Below are positions 60,771-64,000 of a stretch of DNA of 64,000 nt, piece after piece. Within the stretch, counting starts at the first letter, position 1, and the number at the start of each line of letters is the position of its first letter. A model generated the notes under the pieces. That model worked only from the letters and a program-made list of their open reading frames with translations, searched no databases and had not been told where the DNA came from. The stretch lies in the NCBI GenBank assembly GCA_019653755.1, contig BPCL01000004.1, forward strand, positions 71,578-135,577. The letters run 5' to 3'. Position numbers and translations under genes: made by a program. Origin of the DNA: Woeseia sp. Lineage in GTDB: Bacteria; Pseudomonadota; Gammaproteobacteria; Steroidobacterales; UBA11654.

Positions 60771-61634
60771 TTACTCGCCTATGATTCTAACTTCAGTCTC
60801 TAAGTCTACATCAAACTTAGCTTTGACGATGTTTTGAACATGCTTAATAAGCTCCTCTATATCTGCTGATGTGGCCCCGCCTTCATTGACAATAAAATTT
60901 GCATGTTTTGTCGATATGGAGCAACCACCAATTTTATAACCCTTGAGTCCAGCTCTCTCAATCAGATCTCCTGCATGATCCGGTTTAGGATTCTTAAAAA
61001 CTGACCCGCAAGTATCCTCAGTGAGAGGTTGTGTTTTAATTCTTTGGTCTCTCATAGCTTTCAATTCAGATTTGGTGGTAGTTTCAGATTCTGGAAATTT
61101 CATTAAACAAGAGACGAACCATAGAGGAAAAGGAAATTCGACCGATCTGTACGAGAATTTGAATTCCTTGGGGTCCAAGTGATGGATAATTCCAACTTCG
61201 TCAATAACCTCAACAGATTCTACGAATTCCCAAGTTTCATGACCAAAGGACCCTGCATTCATGGTAAGAGCTCCACCAATTGAGCCAGGAATCCCTGAAA
61301 AGAATGCTGCTGGTCCCATTTCATTCTTTTCAGCAAATAACGCCAAATCCATACATGAAGCTCCCACTTCTGCTCGACAAGAATTCTCTGCCGCCATAGT
61401 TATCTTATTTATAGATTTTTTTGTTGAAATAACAACACCCCTAATGCCGCCATCCCTAACAAGGACGTTAGTTCCATTGCCCAACCAGGTGACTGAGTTA
61501 CCCTTGTTTTGACTTAAGAACTGAGACAAATCTTGACGATTATCAGGTATAAAGAAAACATCTGCAGGGCCTCCCACCTTCCATGAAGTGTGTCTAGATA
61601 AAGACTCATTGCGAAGAAAATTAATTAATTTCAT
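60771..61634 (-). CDS. murB: UDP-N-acetylmuramate dehydrogenase
   Basis: HTSWKVGGPA, GIPGSIGGALTMNAG, FSYR, GSVFKNP, KHANFIVN. Confidence 0.96.
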   Translation of the reverse strand: MKLINFLRNESLSRHTSWKVGGPADVFFIPDNRQDLSQFLSQNKGNSVTWLGNGTNVLVRDGGIRGVVISTKKSINKITMAAENSCRAEVGASCMDLALFAEKNEMGPAAFFSGIPGSIGGALTMNAGSFGHETWEFVESVEVIDEVGIIHHLDPKEFKFSYRSVEFPFPLWFVSCLMKFPESETTTKSELKAMRDQRIKTQPLTEDTCGSVFKNPKPDHAGDLIERAGLKGYKIGGCSISTKHANFIVNEGGATSADIEELIKHVQNIVKAKFDVDLETEVRIIGE

Positions 61635-61639
61635 GATGT

Positions 61640-62766
61640 TTAATTTGGATAATCGTTACGAAACTGATGTTTTTCAATAGTTTTATAACAGAAATTGACA
61701 ATGTTAACTGTTGCATCAACAAATTTCTTATCAAAGGCAGCATCAGACATCCCCTCTAACTTTCCTGGTTCTTTGAAAATACTGTGAATTCTAGTTGCAA
61801 GGACCTTCGGATTAAGATCTTTATCTTTAATAATTAGTGCTCCACCTTTTTTTTCTAAAAATTGAGCGTTAAACAATTGATGATTATCTAAGGCATATGG
61901 AAAGGGTATAAGAATGGAAGGTAGGCCTATAGCACTTGTCTCAGAAACTGTCATTGCGCCAGCTCTGCCAATTAATAAGTCTGCCCATTCATAAGCTTTT
62001 TCTATATTAGTATTAAATGATGCGACTTCAGCATCTATCCCAAAATCTATGTATTTCTCATTTACAACGTCAAAATCATTTTCTCCAGTGTCATGTATTA
62101 CTTCCATAGGAAGATCCTGACTTAGTAAATTGATAGCTTCAGGAGCAGCCATGTTAATTGATCTAGCACCCTGACTTCCGCCCATTATAAAAATTCTTGG
62201 TTTTTTTAATTTATCTGGAAAAGACCTCAATGTTTTTTGAATATTAAGAATCTCATCTCTTACTGGATTACCAAGATAGACCAAGTCGTCAGGGTAGCTC
62301 ATCAAGAATTTGATAAAGGATGAAAAGAGTCTGGAATCCTTCGATAGCAGCATTGCGCTCCTATTAATAATAAGAAACCGATTGGTGCGACCAGCTATAA
62401 AATTTTTGTTCATGAATGATAACGCAAGTTTTCTTTTGTGCGGCTAGACAAAACTCAGAAGAAGCATAACCTCCCATTCCTATAATTAAATCAGGATTTT
62501 TTTTTTCTAAATAAGATTTAATTTCCTTATTCTTTCTCAAACTTAGAAAGAATTTCTTTATAGTGGAAGAACCTTTAAGTCTTGATTCAAAGTATTCTTT
62601 TCGAATCATGCTCTGAAAATATTTTCTTTTCCAATTCATTGCCAGTTCCAGCAAGAATAACCTTATGACCATCTACTCTAAATTTTTTTGCTAGTGCTAT
62701 AGCTGGGAAAATATGACCGCCAGTACCCCAGCGCAATAATAATTTTATATTTTTTTTCCTTAGCAT
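61640..62766 (-). CDS. murG: Lipid II GlcNAc transferase MurG (several probable sequencing frameshifts)
   Basis: GTGGHIFPA, GMGGYAS, HEQ, GNPVR, GGSQGA, RAGAMTVSE, HQLFNA. Confidence 0.92.
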
Positions 62767-62771
62767 TATTC

Positions 62772-63882
62772 TTAATTCTTCTTGGGTTGAGGTTTTTCCC
62801 AAAACCTATTCTCAAAACTATGCTAGTGTATAAGGTAATGCGATACTGCTACTCCAAAACAAATTTAAAAGGAGGTCAGTCCCTTGGTTGGCAAAAGACC
62901 CATATTAACTCCAAGATTAATAATCACTTGAAGGAAACCATATTCCTATTGAAATACATAAATAACCTTGAAACATCAGTTCAGATCGAATCGCTTTAAA
63001 ACCAATACAAAGATTCGAGAAATAAGAAGTCCATAAAACGAAAGGGTCAAATGTTCCCATTAACCCTAGCTCTTCTGCAATGATGGCAAAAATGAAATCC
63101 GTGTGAGCTTCTGGAAATAAAATAATTTCTGAATACTTTCGCCTAATCCAACCCAAATATTCCCCACTCCCCATGCAATGAGTGAATTGGTTAATTGGTA
63201 ACCAACACCGAGGCTCTTTCCAGGGTCAAAAAAACCTGCAGGCGATCATCCGATAGGGTTCAATATATATAGAAAGGCAAAGGCAAGACCTAGGATAATT
63301 ATAAGTCTAAAAATATCTAAATTTTTAAACCGCTATAAAAAACAAACCGCGGTAACTGAAAGAATATCACCGTTGAACCAAAATCTGGTTGGCCAAGGAG
63401 CAAAAGACAAGCCGGAAAAATAAAAATCATTGGTTTTACAAAACTCATAAAATCCTGGTTTAAAGGGTTCTTGTTGTCGGTAACAATAACCCGAAATATA
63501 AATCAAAATAGAAGTCGAGCTGGATCAAAAACTTGTATATTTGGCAAAGGTCCAATCTTAATCCAGCGTGTGGCCCCGTTTGCTGTAACGCCTATATCAG
63601 GAATAAAACTATTGTGAGCAGTCAATTGCTAATATGGGGAATAGAATTCCAAACTTTTCCCAAATTTGGGTAGGAATAAGGAAGCAATAAACCGCTGAAA
63701 GCCCTAAGGCAATGGAGGTAAGCTGTTTGTAGACATAACCGTAAGGGTCTCCAGGTTCTTAACTGCTATCGGCATTGAGCAGAAGCCAACATCACTAATC
63801 CCCCAACCCAAAAAAAAAATGTGGCTATTACAAATAGGTTTCAAGCCTTGAGAAGTGAGTTTTGTCGTTTATTTGAAGCCAA
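62772..63882 (-). CDS. ftsW: Peptidoglycan polymerase FtsW (heavily error-ridden)
   Basis: PEAHTDFIFAIIAEELG; fragments reading GATRWI and QPDFG; position upstream of murG; boundaries approximate. Confidence 0.85.
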
Positions 63883-63902
63883 AACCTTTCCTTTATTAAG
63901 CC

Positions 63903-64000
63903 TTATCTATTTTAAAACTCGATAAACCAATCAAAACCAAAAACACGTATGATCCAGAAACGGACAATCACCTTGGTTCAGCCCAACCTTTTAATTCAAA
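63903..64000 (-). CDS. mraY: 3' end of phospho-N-acetylmuramoyl-pentapeptide transferase
   Basis: Reverse strand reads FELKGWAEP..VIVRFWII..LVLIGLSS.K, the MraY C-terminus (with indels). Confidence 0.8.

Noticed and set aside
853-62999. Many short ORFs in the track that overlap longer genes (e.g. 853..1071, 10890..11279, 30203..30637, 46381..46794)
   Set aside because: Antisense or alternate-frame shadows of well-supported genes, with no recognisable motifs

Overview
AT-rich, tightly packed DNA from a streamlined, probably marine, gammaproteobacterium. The FmdB-DUF502-aspS, rluD/bamD/sucCD, coaE-zapD and lpxC-DciA-secA synteny suggests a Woeseiales/Steroidobacterales-like lineage (inference). 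Many single-base frameshifts, including in core and essential genes and worsening toward the 3' end, indicate an uncorrected long read. The window has two parts. (1) About 0.6-44 kb is a catabolic island: a TonB-dependent receptor, twin-arginine-signal flavo-oxidases, three DUF1838-like proteins, a diheme cytochrome c, a UbiD decarboxylase, a divergent MetF, CoA-activating enzymes, hydrolases, an LLM monooxygenase, a triple RidA, two MFS transporters and a TetR regulator. Nine copies of an 18-bp palindrome (ATTTATCA-N2-TGATHAAT) sit in the promoter regions of most of its operons. This is the best candidate for an undescribed system: a co-regulated uptake and periplasm-to-cytoplasm degradation pathway, possibly for an N-heterocyclic compound. 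(2) About 44-64 kb is housekeeping DNA, including a dcw cluster from which murD, murC and ftsZ are cleanly missing. No rRNA, tRNA, CRISPR array or mobile element was recognised. All family assignments come from motif recognition, not database searches.
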